A stretch of DNA of 64,000 nucleotides, from assembly GCF_030681155.1 (NCBI RefSeq), contig NZ_JAUXXE010000042.1:19638-83637 (forward strand), given 5' to 3'. Origin of the DNA: Phenylobacterium sp. (GTDB lineage: Bacteria > Pseudomonadota > Alphaproteobacteria > Caulobacterales > Caulobacteraceae). Of the stretch, positions 63,570 through 64,000 are shown piece by piece. The first letter of the stretch is position 1. Every line of letters starts with the position of its first letter. Under the pieces are notes generated by a model. The model was not told the origin of the DNA. It did not search any database and was given only the letters and a program-made list of their open reading frames with translations. The position numbers and the translations under genes were made by a program.

Positions 63570-64000
63570 TTAATTCTGGAGCGGTGACCACGCTGGGTCG
63601 GAGCCGGAGCCAGGATAGGGCGCAGCCCGCAAAATTCTGCCAGTCACGTCCACGGTCCACAGGCGTGGTCCGGCGCCCGGCGTCTCGCGGCTGAACATCA
63701 GAACCCGACCATTGGGCGCCCAGGTGGGGCCCTCATCCATGTAGCTGGTGGTCAGCAGCCGCTCGTCGGTGCCGTCCGGACGCATGATGCCGATGTGGAA
63801 CTGGCCGCCGGCCTGCTTCGTAAAGGCGATGAAGTCGCCGGTCGGGCTCCAGACAGGGGTGGTGTAGCGGCCCGAGCCGAACGAAATTCGGCGCCCGCCG
63901 CCGCCATTGGCGTCCATCACATAAAGCTGGGCGGTGCCGCCGCGGTCGGAATTGTAAACGATGCGCGAGCCGTCGGGTGAGAAGGACGGCGAGGTTTCGA
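63570..64000 (-). CDS. tolB: Tol-Pal system beta-propeller protein TolB, C-terminal part (N-terminus beyond the window)
   Basis: The frame is open to position 64000. It reads ...[38 protein letters not shown]...[12 protein letters not shown]...PAWSPLQN. Confidence 0.9.
   Translation of the reverse strand, partial: ETSPSFSPDGSRIVYNSDRGGTAQLYVMDANGGGGRRISFGSGRYTTPVWSPTGDFIAFTKQAGGQFHIGIMRPDGTDERLLTTSYMDEGPTWAPNGRVLMFSRETPGAGPRLWTVDVTGRILRAAPYPGSGSDPAWSPLQN

Overview
This is a densely coding, high-GC (roughly two-thirds G+C by eye) chromosomal segment. It looks Caulobacterales-like: gapR, tacA, a DUF1013/TrcR-type gene, an orphan motA, and tolB-pal-cpoB-tilS at the right edge. I can support about 62 protein genes. 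Three are absent from the supplied ORF track: a partial alpha/beta hydrolase at 1-622(-), a 57-aa DUF465 gene at 17597-17770(-), and rpmJ at 25711-25836(+). There is one frameshifted GIY-YIG pseudogene. I found no rRNA, tRNA, CRISPR array, transposase, integrase or obvious prophage. Most long ORFs in the track are antisense or off-frame shadow ORFs typical of high-GC DNA. Gene content is mainly housekeeping and metabolic: purEK, folE, ubiX, pntAA-AB-B, two acyl-CoA dehydrogenase/ligase/FMN-reductase sets, a ribBX-type gene, a PQQ quinohemoprotein dehydrogenase cluster, amidohydrolases, several alpha/beta hydrolases, and three TetR and one MarR regulators. I did not find a convincing new multi-gene defence-type system. 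The most unusual structure is non-coding. Three families of structured palindromic intergenic repeats give 8 copies. One is a REP/BIME-like family built from inverted pairs of a ~50-nt unit; its inner hairpin changes sequence but keeps its pairing, and its four copies all lie in convergent gene gaps. Other items worth a second look: a plcP-agt-like lipid-remodelling pair whose glycosyltransferase ORF is extended in frame by an orphan TetR HTH domain; a translationally coupled acyl-CoA ligase / FMN reductase / RibBX operon; CAAAC-N4-GTTTG palindromes upstream of an acyl-CoA dehydrogenase and of pntA; a DUF2920 gene in an operon with two secreted amidohydrolases; and a Vat/CatB-like acetyltransferase cluster. 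All family names come from reading motifs in the translations. No database search was possible.
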